64,000 bases of DNA from Escherichia coli (GCF_013315695.1 NZ_CP054353.1), one strand, 5' to 3'. Shown: positions 10,898 through 22,700, counted from the stretch's first letter. Numbers and translations are program-made. The notes: generated from the letters alone by a model not told the origin.

Positions 10898-11119
10898 ATG
10901 AAAATCATCACCCGTGGCGAAGCCATGCGTATTCACCGTCAGCATCCGGCATCCCGTCTTTTTCCGTTCTGTACCGGCAAATACCGCTGGCACGGCAGTG
11001 CTGAAGCGTATACCGGTCGTGAAGTGCAGGATATTCCCGGTGTGCTGGCCGTGTTTGCAGAACGCCGTAAGGACAGTTTTGGTCCGTATGTCCGGCTGAT
11101 GAGCGTCACCCTGAACTGA
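10898..11119 (+). CDS. DUF987 protein (YeeT/YkfH-like)
   Basis: 73-aa ORF directly upstream of the antitoxin gene, conserved order. Confidence 0.65.
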   Translation: MKIITRGEAMRIHRQHPASRLFPFCTGKYRWHGSAEAYTGREVQDIPGVLAVFAERRKDSFGPYVRLMSVTLN

Positions 11120-11281
11120 TGTTCCGTCACCCGGAAAACGAGTACGACTGGCTGAGCTCAGACGCCGCTGTGGATGAGGCCCTACTCATCAACGAATACA
11201 CCTTCACCGAAGCCGGTCTGTGCACCGGCTGACCCGTCATCGTTAAACTATCATTCACCGATTTTCTGTGAGGATTTTATC

Positions 11282-11650
11282 GTGTCAGACACACTTTCCG
11301 GGACAACGCATCCCGATGACAATGACGACCATCCCTGGTGGGGACTACCCTGCACAGTGACGCCCTGTTTCGGCGCCCGTCTGGTGCAGGAGGGTAACCG
11401 GTTGCATTACCTTGCCGACCGTGCCGGTATCAGAGGCCGGTTCAGAGATGCGGATGCGTACCCTCTGGACCAGGCCTTTCCGCTGCTGATGAAACAACTG
11501 AAATTAATGCTCACCAGTGGTGAACTGAATCCCCGCCATCAGCATACCGTGACACTGTATGCGAAGGGGCTGACCTGTGAAGCAGACACCCTCGGCTCCT
11601 GTGGTTACGTTTATCTGGCTGTTTATCCGACACCTGAAACGAAAAAGTAA
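11282..11650 (+). CDS. CbeA/YeeU-family type IV antitoxin
   Basis: Product ...[48 protein letters not shown]...; probable GTG start at 11282 in frame with ORF 11174..11650. Confidence 0.8.
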   Translation: MSDTLSGTTHPDDNDDHPWWGLPCTVTPCFGARLVQEGNRLHYLADRAGIRGRFRDADAYPLDQAFPLLMKQLKLMLTSGELNPRHQHTVTLYAKGLTCEADTLGSCGYVYLAVYPTPETKK

Positions 11651-11739
11651 ACCACCAGAATAACCTTCTGCTCCGGCCTGGTGTTTTCACCACGCCACTG
11701 TCCCATTTTTTATCTCTGCATATCAGGAAAATCTTCAGT

Positions 11740-12114
11740 ATGAAAACATTACCCGACACGCATGTACGGGAGGTATCGTGCTGCCCGTCTCCCGTCACCA
11801 TCTGGCAGACACTGCTCACCCGGTTACTGGACCAGCATTACAGCCTTACGCTGAATGACACACCGTTCGTGGATGAACGCGTGATTGAGCAGCATATTGA
11901 GGCAGGCATTTCACTGTGTGATGCAGTGAACTTTCTCGTGGAAAAATACGCACTGGTACGAACTGACCAGCCGGGATTCAGCGCAGGAGCCTCGTCGCAG
12001 TTAATCAACAGCATTGATATTCTCCGGGCTCGCCGGGCAACAGGCCTGATGACCCGCCACAACTACAGAACGGTGAACAATATCACCCTGGGTAAGTATC
12101 CGGAGGCGAAATGA
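11740..12114 (+). CDS. CbtA/YeeV-family type IV toxin (cytoskeleton-targeting)
   Basis: 124-aa [46 protein letters not shown]...; immediately downstream of antitoxin. Confidence 0.85.
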   Translation: MKTLPDTHVREVSCCPSPVTIWQTLLTRLLDQHYSLTLNDTPFVDERVIEQHIEAGISLCDAVNFLVEKYALVRTDQPGFSAGASSQLINSIDILRARRATGLMTRHNYRTVNNITLGKYPEAK

Positions 12115-12602
12115 TGAAACTGGCCCTGACACTGGAAGCCGACAGTGTTAACGTACAGGCACTGAATATGGGGCGAATTGTCGTTGACATTGATGGTGTT
12201 AATCTCGCTGAACTGATTAACATGGTCTGCGATAACGGCTACTCCCTTCGTGTTGTTGATGAATCTGACCGGACCTCAGCAGACTGCACGCCACCATTTG
12301 TTGCCCTTACCGGCATACGCTGCAGTACCGCACATATCACGGAAACGGACAACGCCTGGCTGTACTCGCTGTCACACCAGACCAGTGACTTCGGTGAATC
12401 AGAATGGATTCATTTTACCGGTACCGGTTATCTGTTACGTACCGATGCGTGGTCATACCCGGTTCTGCGGCTTAAGCGCCTGGGGCTGTCAAAAACGTTC
12501 CGTCGTCTGGTCGTCACACTCATCCGGCGTTATGGTGTCAGTCTCATTCATCTGGATGCCAGTGCCGGATATCTGCCGGGTTTACCCACTTTCGACTGGT
12601 AA
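12111..12602 (+). CDS. YeeW-like protein
   Basis: 163-aa ORF overlapping the toxin stop (ATGA), conserved position after cbtA-like gene. Confidence 0.6.
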   Translation: MMKLALTLEADSVNVQALNMGRIVVDIDGVNLAELINMVCDNGYSLRVVDESDRTSADCTPPFVALTGIRCSTAHITETDNAWLYSLSHQTSDFGESEWIHFTGTGYLLRTDAWSYPVLRLKRLGLSKTFRRLVVTLIRRYGVSLIHLDASAGYLPGLPTFDW

Positions 12603-12618
12603 TCCGGAAATTCACAAC

Positions 12619-12795
12619 ATGAAATCATTAACCACGGAAACAGCGCTGGATATTCTGATTACGTGGCTGCAGGACAATATCGACTGCGAATCGGGAATTA
12701 TCTTCGACAACGATGAGGATAAAACAGGTTCGGCAGCACTGTTGCGCTGTATCGAACAGGCCAGGGAGGGTATCCGTACCCTGCGCCAACAGTAA
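12619..12795 (+). CDS. small island protein (YpjJ-like)
   Basis: 58-aa ORF MKSLTTETALDILITWLQDNIDCESGIIFDNDEDKTGSAALL...; ORF-track entry 12250..12795 is an upstream extension of this frame. Confidence 0.4.
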   Translation: MKSLTTETALDILITWLQDNIDCESGIIFDNDEDKTGSAALLRCIEQAREGIRTLRQQ

Positions 12796-13293
12796 CTTTT
12801 GCACCAGAACCAGTGAAGATCACTCACCCGATTTCACTTCCCTGACGTCAGCCTGAACACGGCTGGCGTTTTCATTTATAAACAGAAAGGAAAAATGATG
12901 ATGTCAGATACCACACTCTCCCGCCCGGAGGTGGTCAGCGGGCATACGGACGTTATCTATTCCACCTCAGTCTGCCACATTCTGGCTGTACGAAAGAGTA
13001 CACTGTTGCCAATCGACACAATTATCCGGCATCAAGTAAGCGATATCAGTTAACCGATATAGATGGGGAAGATGCTTTTATCCGGATTGGTTCTATCGCG
13101 ATGGTGCGAGTACCACTTGATGCAATGGAGCCTGTCGAGGAAGATGACGAGTAACAGAGCTCGGTATCTCAATCAGGACCTGATTGTCCTGGTTCGATGC
13201 CGAAAACCAGTGATTTTTCGTGTTGGTATCTGTGTTGGTATAGGATGGTGTTGTTTATTATTAACAATTTTAAATCATGAGGTTAAATCGCAT

Positions 13294-13316
13294 GTTTGAG
13301 TCCGGTCTTCGCACCA
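13294..13316 (+). repeat. tRNA-Leu (leuX-type) 3'-end-like sequence, probable island att remnant
   Basis: gtttgagtccggtcttcgcacca resembles the 3' end of a tRNA-Leu gene (GTTCGAGTCCGGCCTTCGGCACCA from memory); no upstream tRNA body. Confidence 0.4.
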
Positions 13317-13704
13317 CATCGTATGCAAATCGAGTCGCTCAAGGGCGGCTTTTTTTGTACCTGTGTTTTCACTACTTTGTTTGCATGTAACGCTGATAAT
13401 CTAAGAACTTCGGAAGCCCCATTTCCATCAATGATGTTCATTCATCATCCTGAAAATTAAGTAGATATAAAACTTCATTGCCTTGGTCTAATGGCACAGA
13501 AATAGATTGCATTTGGCGAGTGGCATTCTTAGTGCGTCGTTGTTTAGTCATGAAACGATGCGTAAAATTGCTGATTTTATGTGTCAAAGTCCCGCAACCG
13601 GAGATGGCCTTACTTCAATGATCAACCACTATTGACGTATCCTTTTAATATCTTGATTCAATTCAGCAGGTTATCGTCCAAAGTACAGCGAAGAGAGAGA
13701 AAAG

Positions 13705-16596
13705 ATGATTGGTACAACACCTTATCATGCGAAATATTTTGCGCATGAACTTTCCATTCTTCATTCAAACAATGGGGTGGACCGTCTGTCTCAATCGCTG
13801 TTTGATGCAAGCGTAGATCTAAACCCTCATCAAATTGAGGCGGCTCTTTTTGCTATCGAAAATCCGCTAAGCAAAGGTGTTGTGCTTGCCGATGAAGTTG
13901 GTTTGGGTAAAACCATTGAAGCTGGACTAGTGCTTTGCCAGTTGTGGGCTGAAAGAAAACGTAAACTGTTGATCATTTGTCCTGCTTCACTGCGTCGCCA
14001 ATGGGCGAGCGAGTTACAGGAAAAGTTCAATCTACCTTCTCAGGTGTTGGACGCGAAAATGTATAGCCAGCTTCAAAAAGAAGGGATCCATAATCCCTTA
14101 AATAATAAATCGATCACTATTATGTCATACCACTATGCTGCTCGGTTAGAAGAGAAATTGGTGGCTGAAATGTGGGATCTGGTTGTTATCGACGAAGCCC
14201 ATAAACTGCGTAATGCTCATCGAGAAAGCAACAAAATGGGGCAAGCGTTAAAGCGTGCGCTTGATGGGCGGAAGAAATTACTACTGACCGCAACGCCTTT
14301 ACAGAACTCGTTGATGGAACTGTATGGCATGTCGACGCTTATAGATGAACATACCTTCGGCGAAGTTAAAGCGTTCAGAAAGCAATATATGCAGGCAGAT
14401 AGCGATATTGCGGAGTTGAAGGGGCGATTGTCGCGTTTTATCAAACGAACTCTACGCAAGAATGTGCTGGAGTATATCAAGTATACAGAACGTAAAGCGA
14501 TCACTATTCCTTTCTATCCGAGCGAACAGGAGCAGGATCTTTATGAACGCGTACAAAAATTGCTTGAACGTGAGGATAGCTATGCCTTACCAAAACGACA
14601 CCGGCATCTGACGGGGCTTATACTCAGAAAACTACTTTCCTCAAGTACGAAAGCCGTATTGAATAACTTGCAGATCCTTAAGACTCGTTTAGAAAGGTTA
14701 AAGCTGGAAGGTATCGTTGAAGATGATATGGACATCATCCAACAGATCATAATGGATGATGATCTTGAAGATGACATCGTTGAAGATGCCGAATCAGTAG
14801 CGCCAGATACAGAGTGCAAATCTGTGGATTCAGATGCGCTTCAGGCAGAAATCAATGAGCTGGAATCACTCATTGTTAAAGCAGAACAGATTGGCACTGA
14901 TACCAAATCAAAAGAGTTGCTTTCTGGCCTGGAGCAAGGTTTTGCACAGCTTGCCGAAATGGGGGCTGCAAAAAAAGTCATCATCTTCACGGAGTCGATG
15001 CGAACTCAACAGTACCTTGCACATTTTCTGGAAAACAATGGCTACCAGGGAAAAGTAGTAACCTTTAGTGGCACAAACAATACACCGCAGGCAAACAAGA
15101 TCTACCAGCAATGGCGCGAGGAATATCAGGGATCTTCTCGTATTACCGGGTCGGCGCAAATTGATAAACGCTCGGCTTTGATCGACCACTTCAAAGATCA
15201 TGCTGAAATCATGATAGCTACAGAAGCTGCAGCTGAAGGGGTGAACCTGCAATTTTGTTCGCTACTGATCAATTACGATTTACCCTGGAACCCACAACGC
15301 ATTGAGCAGCGTATTGGACGTTGTCACCGATACGGGCAAAAATTTGATGTGGTTGTTATTAACTTCCTCAATCAGCGAAACCAGGCCGATCAACGCGTTC
15401 TTGAACTCTTAACTGAAAAGTTCAGCCTGTTTGATGGCGTGTTTGGCGCATCGGATAGTGTGCTTGGCAGCATAGAAAATGGTGTGGATTTTGAAAAAAG
15501 GATCCAGTCAATTTATGAGTCATGCCGTACCCCCGAGGAGATAGAGCTGGCTTTTGAAAGGTTGCAGAAAGAGCTGGAAGATGAAATCAATCTCAAGATG
15601 CAGAAGACGCAAGAACAGTTGCTTGAGCATTTTGATGAAGATATTCACGATATCCTTAAAATAAGGCTTGATGAAGCTCGGGAGCGCCTGGATAAAGTCG
15701 GTCGTTGGTTTTGGGCCGTGACCTGTCAGCAGCTCAAACAATATGCTGATTTTGATCATGAGCATCATCGTTTCACTTTACGTGAATCAGTCAATGAACT
15801 GCCTGTCGGGCAGTACCAGCTGTTGCGCAAAGATGGCAGGCAAAATAGTGCGTTACAAATGCAGGATCACCACAGTTTTGCATATCGGATCAATCATCCA
15901 CTGGGTGAGTACGTCATTGACGGAGCCAAAGCCCAGGAGACGAAAACAGCTGAAGTCATCTTCGATTACAGTAACCACACAACGAAAGTTTCGGTGGCTG
16001 AGCAGCTGAAAGGGCAATCAGGATGGTTAACACTAAATTTGCTTACTGTTGATGCGTTTAACAGGCAGCAATTTTTAGTCTTTACCGCGAAAACTGACAA
16101 CGGACGTGTGGTAGATGGTGAAGCTTGTAAACGTCTGTTCAACTTGTCTGCAATAACCAACGAAAAGCTGGATAATTCGGCAAGTTTAGATGCATTACCT
16201 GATGACTTGATCTTACTCAAGAACAGGCAAATTGACGCCAGGCTTGCAGAAGTTTTGGAGCAGAACAATGTCCTTTTTGAAGCGGAAAGAGATAAGCTGG
16301 AAAAATGGGCTGAAGACATGATCTTTGCGGCGGAAGAAGCATTACGCGATACCAAAATGCAAATCAAGTCGTTGAAGCGAGAAGCCAGGCTGGCGCAATC
16401 GATCGAAGAACAAAAGCAAAACCAGGAAAAGCTTAAGCTCCTGGAACGGCAGCAGAAGCGCCAACGTATGGAAATTTTTGACATTGAAGATGAGATCGCC
16501 GACAAGCGGGATGAACTCATCAGTGCCCTTGAAGAGCGGATGAAGCAAAAGACGGATATCACCGAGCTGTTTACCATCCGCTGGAAAGTTATTTAA
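13705..16596 (+). CDS. SNF2-family helicase-like ATPase with C-terminal coiled-coil region
   Basis: Motifs in translation: LADEVGLGKTIEAG (Walker A), VVIDEAHKLRN (DEAH-like), LLLTATPLQN, INYDLPWNPQRIEQRIGRCHRYGQ (motifs V-VI); C-terminal ~350 aa rich in E/K/Q heptad-like repeats. Strong RBS aagagagagaaaag before ATG. Confidence 0.85.
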   Translation: MIGTTPYHAKYFAHELSILHSNNGVDRLSQSLFDASVDLNPHQIEAALFAIENPLSKGVVLADEVGLGKTIEAGLVLCQLWAERKRKLLIICPASLRRQWASELQEKFNLPSQVLDAKMYSQLQKEGIHNPLNNKSITIMSYHYAARLEEKLVAEMWDLVVIDEAHKLRNAHRESNKMGQALKRALDGRKKLLLTATPLQNSLMELYGMSTLIDEHTFGEVKAFRKQYMQADSDIAELKGRLSRFIKRTLRKNVLEYIKYTERKAITIPFYPSEQEQDLYERVQKLLEREDSYALPKRHRHLTGLILRKLLSSSTKAVLNNLQILKTRLERLKLEGIVEDDMDIIQQIIMDDDLEDDIVEDAESVAPDTECKSVDSDALQAEINELESLIVKAEQIGTDTKSKELLSGLEQGFAQLAEMGAAKKVIIFTESMRTQQYLAHFLENNGYQGKVVTFSGTNNTPQANKIYQQWREEYQGSSRITGSAQIDKRSALIDHFKDHAEIMIATEAAAEGVNLQFCSLLINYDLPWNPQRIEQRIGRCHRYGQKFDVVVINFLNQRNQADQRVLELLTEKFSLFDGVFGASDSVLGSIENGVDFEKRIQSIYESCRTPEEIELAFERLQKELEDEINLKMQKTQEQLLEHFDEDIHDILKIRLDEARERLDKVGRWFWAVTCQQLKQYADFDHEHHRFTLRESVNELPVGQYQLLRKDGRQNSALQMQDHHSFAYRINHPLGEYVIDGAKAQETKTAEVIFDYSNHTTKVSVAEQLKGQSGWLTLNLLTVDAFNRQQFLVFTAKTDNGRVVDGEACKRLFNLSAITNEKLDNSASLDALPDDLILLKNRQIDARLAEVLEQNNVLFEAERDKLEKWAEDMIFAAEEALRDTKMQIKSLKREARLAQSIEEQKQNQEKLKLLERQQKRQRMEIFDIEDEIADKRDELISALEERMKQKTDITELFTIRWKVI

Positions 16597-16616
16597 TTGA
16601 TTTGAAAGAGAAAATA

Positions 16617-19600
16617 ATGAGTAAGTACAACGAATTAGTTAAGAAGCTAAAAGAAATTTTTCAGATTGATCGACCAGAACTGGATTTCGGTATTTATCGT
16701 ATTTTAAATGCGCGTGCTGATGAAATTAACGACTATCTGGATAATAAGCTGAAGGCCAAAATCCAGTCTGCGCTGGCGGATGCAGGAAATGCCAATAAAT
16801 CAGAATTAGAACATCAGTTGCAACTGACAATAAAAGCGGCAACTGATGCGGGTGTAGACCCTGCTGATAGCCCAAAAGTACAGGAGCTTAAAAAGCAACT
16901 GGCGGCTATGGCATCCGGAGCAAATGAGCATGAAAATGCAGTATTTTCCCATCTGCTCACTTTCTTTTCGCGTTATTATGACAACGGCGATTTTATCAGC
17001 AAACGCCGTTATAAAGGTAATACCTACGCCATCCCCTATTCTGGCGAAGAAGTGATGTTGCACTGGGCAAATAAGGACCAGTACTACATTAAAAGCGGTG
17101 AAAACTTCGCTAATTATTCGTTCAAATTAGAAGACGGTCGTAAAGTTAGCTTTAAATTGCTCGCAGCGGACACAGCAAAAGATAACCGTAAAGATAATGA
17201 ATTAGATCGCTGCTTTGTACTTATTGAGCCACATGTTCGTACCAAAATTGATGAAGAAGGCGATGAGTACGAACAAGAATATAAGCCAGTAGAAGTGGTG
17301 AAAAACTCATCTGTGGTGGACGGTAAACTCGTTGAAACAGAAGAGTTAGTTATTCACTTCGAATATAAGGCAATGAAAAAGGGCACTAAGCAGGATGCTT
17401 TAGTACAGTCCGCCATTTCAACAATTCTGGCAGATAAAACAGTTCAACAGCATTGGGTTGATCTTGCTAAACGTGCGCCAACAGAAAAGAATCCGTCACG
17501 TACAGAGTTGGAGCGTCACCTTACAACTTATACCCAGCGTAATACAGCAGACTACTTTATCCATAAAGATCTCGGTGGTTTTTTAACGAACGAACTGGAT
17601 TTTTATATTAAAAATGAAGTAATGAATCTCGATAATGTGCAAAATGCAGAAGTGTTTGCCAATGTTGAGAAACAATTGCGCATGATTCAATGTTTGCGTG
17701 CTGTTGCGCTGGAACTCATTACATTTTTGGCACAAATTGAGAATTTCCAGAAAAAACTTTGGACTAAGAAGAAGTTTGTTGTTGGGCATGAGTATCTTGT
17801 GTCACTTTCAAATCTATCAGATTCGCTTTACGATAAAATTCGAACTAATAAAGGGCAACATGATGAATGGGTTGAGCTTTATGCTGTAAATAAAATTCCT
17901 GGATATTCATTTCCATTCACAAAAGATTTCTTGTATAAAAATAATGGTATGATATTGGATACAAAATATTTTGATCCGTCATTTAAGGAGGTTTTTTTAA
18001 CAGAGTTAACTAATGTTGACGATAATTTAGATGGTCTCTTAATTAATTCAGATAATTATCAGGCCATTAATTTTTTGGAGGGGCGGTATAAGGACTCAAT
18101 AGACTGTCTTTATATTGATCCTCCGTATAATACTGCGGCTTCAGAAATTTTATATAAAAATGAATATAAGCACAGCAGCTGGAATTCATTAATGTATGAA
18201 AGGATATCTAAAAGCTATAATTTACTGAAAATTTCTGCAATTAATTTTACCGCGATAGATCATGCGGAATTATATAATCTTGGTAAGATCAAGGATGAAA
18301 TCTATGGAGAACAAAACAGGATAGCAGTTGTTACTGTTCAGCATAATCCTAAAGGGCGTAACCAGGCAAAGTTCTTTTCTGAAAATACTGAGTATATGTT
18401 AGTATATGCTAAAGATTTTAATGCTGCTAACTTTAACTCTGTAGCTATCGATGAGGATGTGCTTTTAACATTCACAGAACAAGATAATATAGGCCGTTAT
18501 CGTTGGGAAAACTTTATTCGTGCAAGAACAAGTTGGTCCAGAGCAAATAGACCAAATAACTGGTATCCTTTATACGTCTCTTCCGACTTAAAATCAATTT
18601 CTGTTGATTATGTAGATGGGTATATCGAAGTATATCCTACAACTAAACAGGGGGATTTTTCGTGGAAAAATATTAAAGAATCATTTGTTGAATTAAATAA
18701 AGATAATTATTTTAAAGCTGTAAATGAAAATGGAGAAATAAAAATCTATCATAAATATAGGGAGCAGCAAGTCTTTAAAAATCTTTGGATTGATAAGAAA
18801 TATCAGTCTGAGTTTAATGGTACAAATTTACTGAAAAACATACTTGGACAATCACTATTTGATTATCCGAAATCATTATATGCAGTACAAGATGCAATCA
18901 AAATGTCGACACCACACAATGGTATTGTATTGGACTATTTTGCAGGTTCAGGGACAACTTCTCATGCAGTAATAAACCTTAATAATTCAGATAATCTCTG
19001 TATGAAATTTATCAATGTTGAAATGGGTACTCATTTCAATACAGTAGTTATTCCAAGATTGAAGAAAATTGGATATTCAAACTTATGGAAACAATGTAAA
19101 CCAATCGGTAAACCTCAAAAAATGACTATCAAGTATTTGAAACTTGAAAGTTATGAGGATGCTCTTAATAATATACAATTACGAAGTTATTCATTGCATC
19201 AGGATATTTTCGACATTTTGGTGGAAGATGTAAAATCAGAGTTTGCTCTTAAATATATTTTTGAAAATGAATTATTTTATTCACTATTAAATACTGATAA
19301 TTTCAAAAAACCATTTAACTACGAAATGGATATTGCGACGGATTCCGCCGGTGCCACTGAGCGTAAAAACATCGATTTAGTTGAAACTTTCAATTATCTC
19401 ATTGGCTTACATGTGAAATCCATCGAATCTGATATCGCACGTGGCTATGTGCGTATTGAAGGAACGCTGCCAACAGGCGAGCGTACCCTTATTCTGTGGC
19501 GCGATTGCGACAAGATCGGTTATGAAGAATTGAATAAATATGCCAACCGATTTGATTTGTATGCAAAAGAAAACACGTTCGACGTTATCTACATCAATGG

Positions 19601-19721
19601 CGATCATAACTTACCTACCGCCTTTACCGTTGATGAAGAAGACGGCGAGATTGTTCGTAGCCTGAAAATTCGCCAGATCGAACCTGAATTCTTGAACCTG
19701 ATGTTTGCGGAGGAGGTTTAA
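16617..19721 (+). CDS. Mod-like amino-methyltransferase (beta-class, DPPY) with ~500-aa N-terminal domain of unknown function
   Basis: ORF 16602..19721; preferred start ATG 16617 (RBS gaaagag). DCLYIDPPYN (motif IV) precedes VLDYFAGSGTTSHAV (motif I) by ~270 aa, the order seen in Type III Mod enzymes. Stop overlaps SD of next gene. Confidence 0.85.
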   Translation: MSKYNELVKKLKEIFQIDRPELDFGIYRILNARADEINDYLDNKLKAKIQSALADAGNANKSELEHQLQLTIKAATDAGVDPADSPKVQELKKQLAAMASGANEHENAVFSHLLTFFSRYYDNGDFISKRRYKGNTYAIPYSGEEVMLHWANKDQYYIKSGENFANYSFKLEDGRKVSFKLLAADTAKDNRKDNELDRCFVLIEPHVRTKIDEEGDEYEQEYKPVEVVKNSSVVDGKLVETEELVIHFEYKAMKKGTKQDALVQSAISTILADKTVQQHWVDLAKRAPTEKNPSRTELERHLTTYTQRNTADYFIHKDLGGFLTNELDFYIKNEVMNLDNVQNAEVFANVEKQLRMIQCLRAVALELITFLAQIENFQKKLWTKKKFVVGHEYLVSLSNLSDSLYDKIRTNKGQHDEWVELYAVNKIPGYSFPFTKDFLYKNNGMILDTKYFDPSFKEVFLTELTNVDDNLDGLLINSDNYQAINFLEGRYKDSIDCLYIDPPYNTAASEILYKNEYKHSSWNSLMYERISKSYNLLKISAINFTAIDHAELYNLGKIKDEIYGEQNRIAVVTVQHNPKGRNQAKFFSENTEYMLVYAKDFNAANFNSVAIDEDVLLTFTEQDNIGRYRWENFIRARTSWSRANRPNNWYPLYVSSDLKSISVDYVDGYIEVYPTTKQGDFSWKNIKESFVELNKDNYFKAVNENGEIKIYHKYREQQVFKNLWIDKKYQSEFNGTNLLKNILGQSLFDYPKSLYAVQDAIKMSTPHNGIVLDYFAGSGTTSHAVINLNNSDNLCMKFINVEMGTHFNTVVIPRLKKIGYSNLWKQCKPIGKPQKMTIKYLKLESYEDALNNIQLRSYSLHQDIFDILVEDVKSEFALKYIFENELFYSLLNTDNFKKPFNYEMDIATDSAGATERKNIDLVETFNYLIGLHVKSIESDIARGYVRIEGTLPTGERTLILWRDCDKIGYEELNKYANRFDLYAKENTFDVIYINGDHNLPTAFTVDEEDGEIVRSLKIRQIEPEFLNLMFAEEV

Positions 19722-19723
19722 GA

Positions 19724-22700
19724 ATGGCTAAAAAACCGACCACCGGTAAAGCAGTTAAAAAAGAGACTAACAGCAAGCTGAGCTTTCATAAACAACTGGT
19801 TTTAAACCGCTTTATGTTCCATTTTTTCAAAGATGGCACATTGCAAGGTTTGAAGAATCGGTTAGGCGAGGATCGCTTTGAAGGCATCCATGAAGATGGC
19901 CAAAGCTTGTTCTTCCATGAGCTGAGTAACTATTTATTCGAGGTCGATCTAATCGATCTCGATGAACTGCGTCGTTACGATCTCAATATCGTGCAGCACT
20001 GGCAGCAGATAACCGAGCACCGTAATCGTAAAGAAGACACTGTGCTGAACATGAAATATTTTCAGTACTTGTCGCTTCTGTTTACCGAGATCTACCTGGA
20101 CTGGTACTTCAATCGTAAACAGCAATTACTCGATGGGCTAAATAACGAGCTGGCAGCATACAATGCTGAAAATGATAAAACAGCAAAAGACCGGGCTAAT
20201 CAGTTCAAATCATATGTTCTGGATGATTTGAATAAATTGGCATACTGGAACGCTACTGGTTCTGGTAAGACACTGCTATTACATGTCAATATTTTGCAAT
20301 ATTTACATTATTTCCAGAACGGTAATAGCCATCATTATCCGGATAAAATCATCCTGCTTACGCCGGATGAACGCCTGTCGAAGCAACATTTAGATGAACT
20401 GGAAAACTCAGGGTTTACCCAATACCAGTTGTTCGATAAGAGTAAATCAGCGCCCTTCAAAGGCACGATTGAAGTCATTGATATCAATAAACTTGATGAT
20501 AAAATGGGCGACAAAACTGTTGCCGTTGAGGCATTTGAAGGCAACAATCTGGTCCTGATTGATGAAGGGCATAAAGGCACAGGAAGTGCTGCTGGTGCCT
20601 GGATGCGCCGTCGTGACAAGTTAACTCGTGACGGATTTGCGTTTGAATATTCAGCAACTTTTGGCCAGGCAGTAGCCGGTGGCAATAATGTGGAGGCAGT
20701 TGAAACAGAAATTCAGAAGAAAAAAGCAAAGCTGCTTTTTGAAACAACTGCCTTAGGCAAATTGAGCGAAGAAGAGTTAGCACAAATAGCATTAACCAGC
20801 GAAGAACAACGTGATGCGCGTATTCAGGCGACGCGAGAAGTCTATGGGAAATCGATTCTGTTCGATTACTCCTATAAATTCTTCTATGAGGATGGTTATG
20901 GCAAAGAATCACTGATTCTTAACCTTAATCCGCAAGATGATAAAAAAGATGAGCGTCGGTATGAGTATTTTACCGCGTGTTTGCTCAGCTTTTATCAGCA
21001 ACAATATTTATTCAATAAAAATAAAGAAAAATTAAATGAATTTAATATCGAAAAACCGCTGTGGGTTTTTGTCGGTAATTCTGTAAGTGGTGAAGATTCA
21101 GACATTCACGCAGTATTGCGTTTTTTAGCATGGTTTTTAAACCACGAAACGCAGGCAAAAGCGTGGATTAACGATCTCATTAAAAATAAAGCGCGAATCC
21201 TCGATACCAAAGAGCGTAACATTTTTGAAAATCGCTTTACTGCACTAATGAACGCTCCGGAAGATATCTACGCAGATATTCTTTCTCGCTTGTTTAACAC
21301 CACTCACTCTGGTCAGCGACTGCGAGTTCTGAATTTAATAGGCAGTAAAGGTGAACTGGCATTACAGGTTGGTGAGGCCGAACCGTTTGGCCTTATCAAT
21401 ATTGGTGATGCACCGTCTCTTTACAAAATGTGTGAAGAGGATACGACATTTGATTATCAGAGAGATGATTTTGCAAAGTCGCTCTTTCATACGTTAAATG
21501 ACAAAGACTCGCGACTACATATTTTGATCGGCTCGCGAAAATTTACTGAAGGCTGGAGCAGTTGGCGCGTCTCAACGATGGGATTGCTCAATATGGGCCG
21601 TGGAGAAGGTTCACAGATCATTCAGTTATTTGGCCGTGGCGTTCGCCTTAAAGGTCGCAATTATTCTTTGAAACGCAGTACACCCGGTGAGCGTCCGAAA
21701 GGGTTGCATCTGGAAAAATTAGAGACACTGAATGTATTCGGTGTACGTGCCGATTACATGGCAACCTTTAAACAATACCTGGAAGATGAAGGGATTACGC
21801 CAAGTGACGAGATCCTTGAGCTGAATTTTGAAACTCGGCCAAATATGCCAGCAACCAGGCTTAAAACACTTAAGCTCAAAGATGGTTATAAAGATAATCA
21901 AAGACTCGGCTTTAAACGTGTCTATTTTCCCGAATTGTATGAAGTTCCTGCTGATTTTCAGGGGAAAATTAAGCAGCCGCATATTAAGCTGGACCTATAC
22001 CCGAAACTTGAGTCGATTGATACCAGCAGAAAAGGGGAAAATACTCCGGTTAACGTGCGTAATGAAGCGAAGTTAGATTATAAAATCATTAGTGCGTTTG
22101 ATTTTGATCGGCTTTATCTCGCCATTCAGAATTATAAACTACAACGCGGCTGGTCAAATTTACGTGTGGATAAACAACGTTTGATCGACTTTTGTACCGG
22201 TAAGACAAAGATCGGAAATAGTTGGTATACCCTTTTGATTCCAGCTTCAGAACTTGAGATTAAGCAATATGCAGATATTGCTAAGCAGGAAGATATTATG
22301 CTTCGTCTGCTGACTGATTATACTGATCGCTTTTACAACACATTGAAAAATGCTTATGAAGGTCAGTTTTATGAAGTCACGCAGGTGAAAGAAGATGATC
22401 CTGGTATGATCAAAATGTACCATTTCGAGATCGAAGAAACTGATGATGGGTTGGCATATGCCAGTCGGCTGGAACAATTACAACAATTGGTCATCGACGG
22501 CGAAATCGGTAAAGCAAAATCCTGGAGTGCATCCGGGATGGTTGCTATTACCTTTGATAAACATCTCTATTATCCACTTCTTTCGATTGAAAAAAATGCC
22601 AACATACCGCTAAAAATGCGACCGGCAGCACTGGGTGCATCAAGTGAGATTACTTTTGTCCATGATCTTCAGTCTTTTGTTGATTCGACAAAAGGGCAGA

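Noticed and set aside
12250-12795. 181-aa ORF overlapping the YeeW-like gene
   Set aside because: Mostly an out-of-frame overlap with the YeeW-like gene; only the last 58 codons (12619..12795) look like an independent small gene.
13280-13360. A complete tRNA gene at the island boundary
   Set aside because: Only the ~23-nt 3'-end-like segment is present; no D-arm or anticodon-arm upstream, so it is treated as an att repeat.
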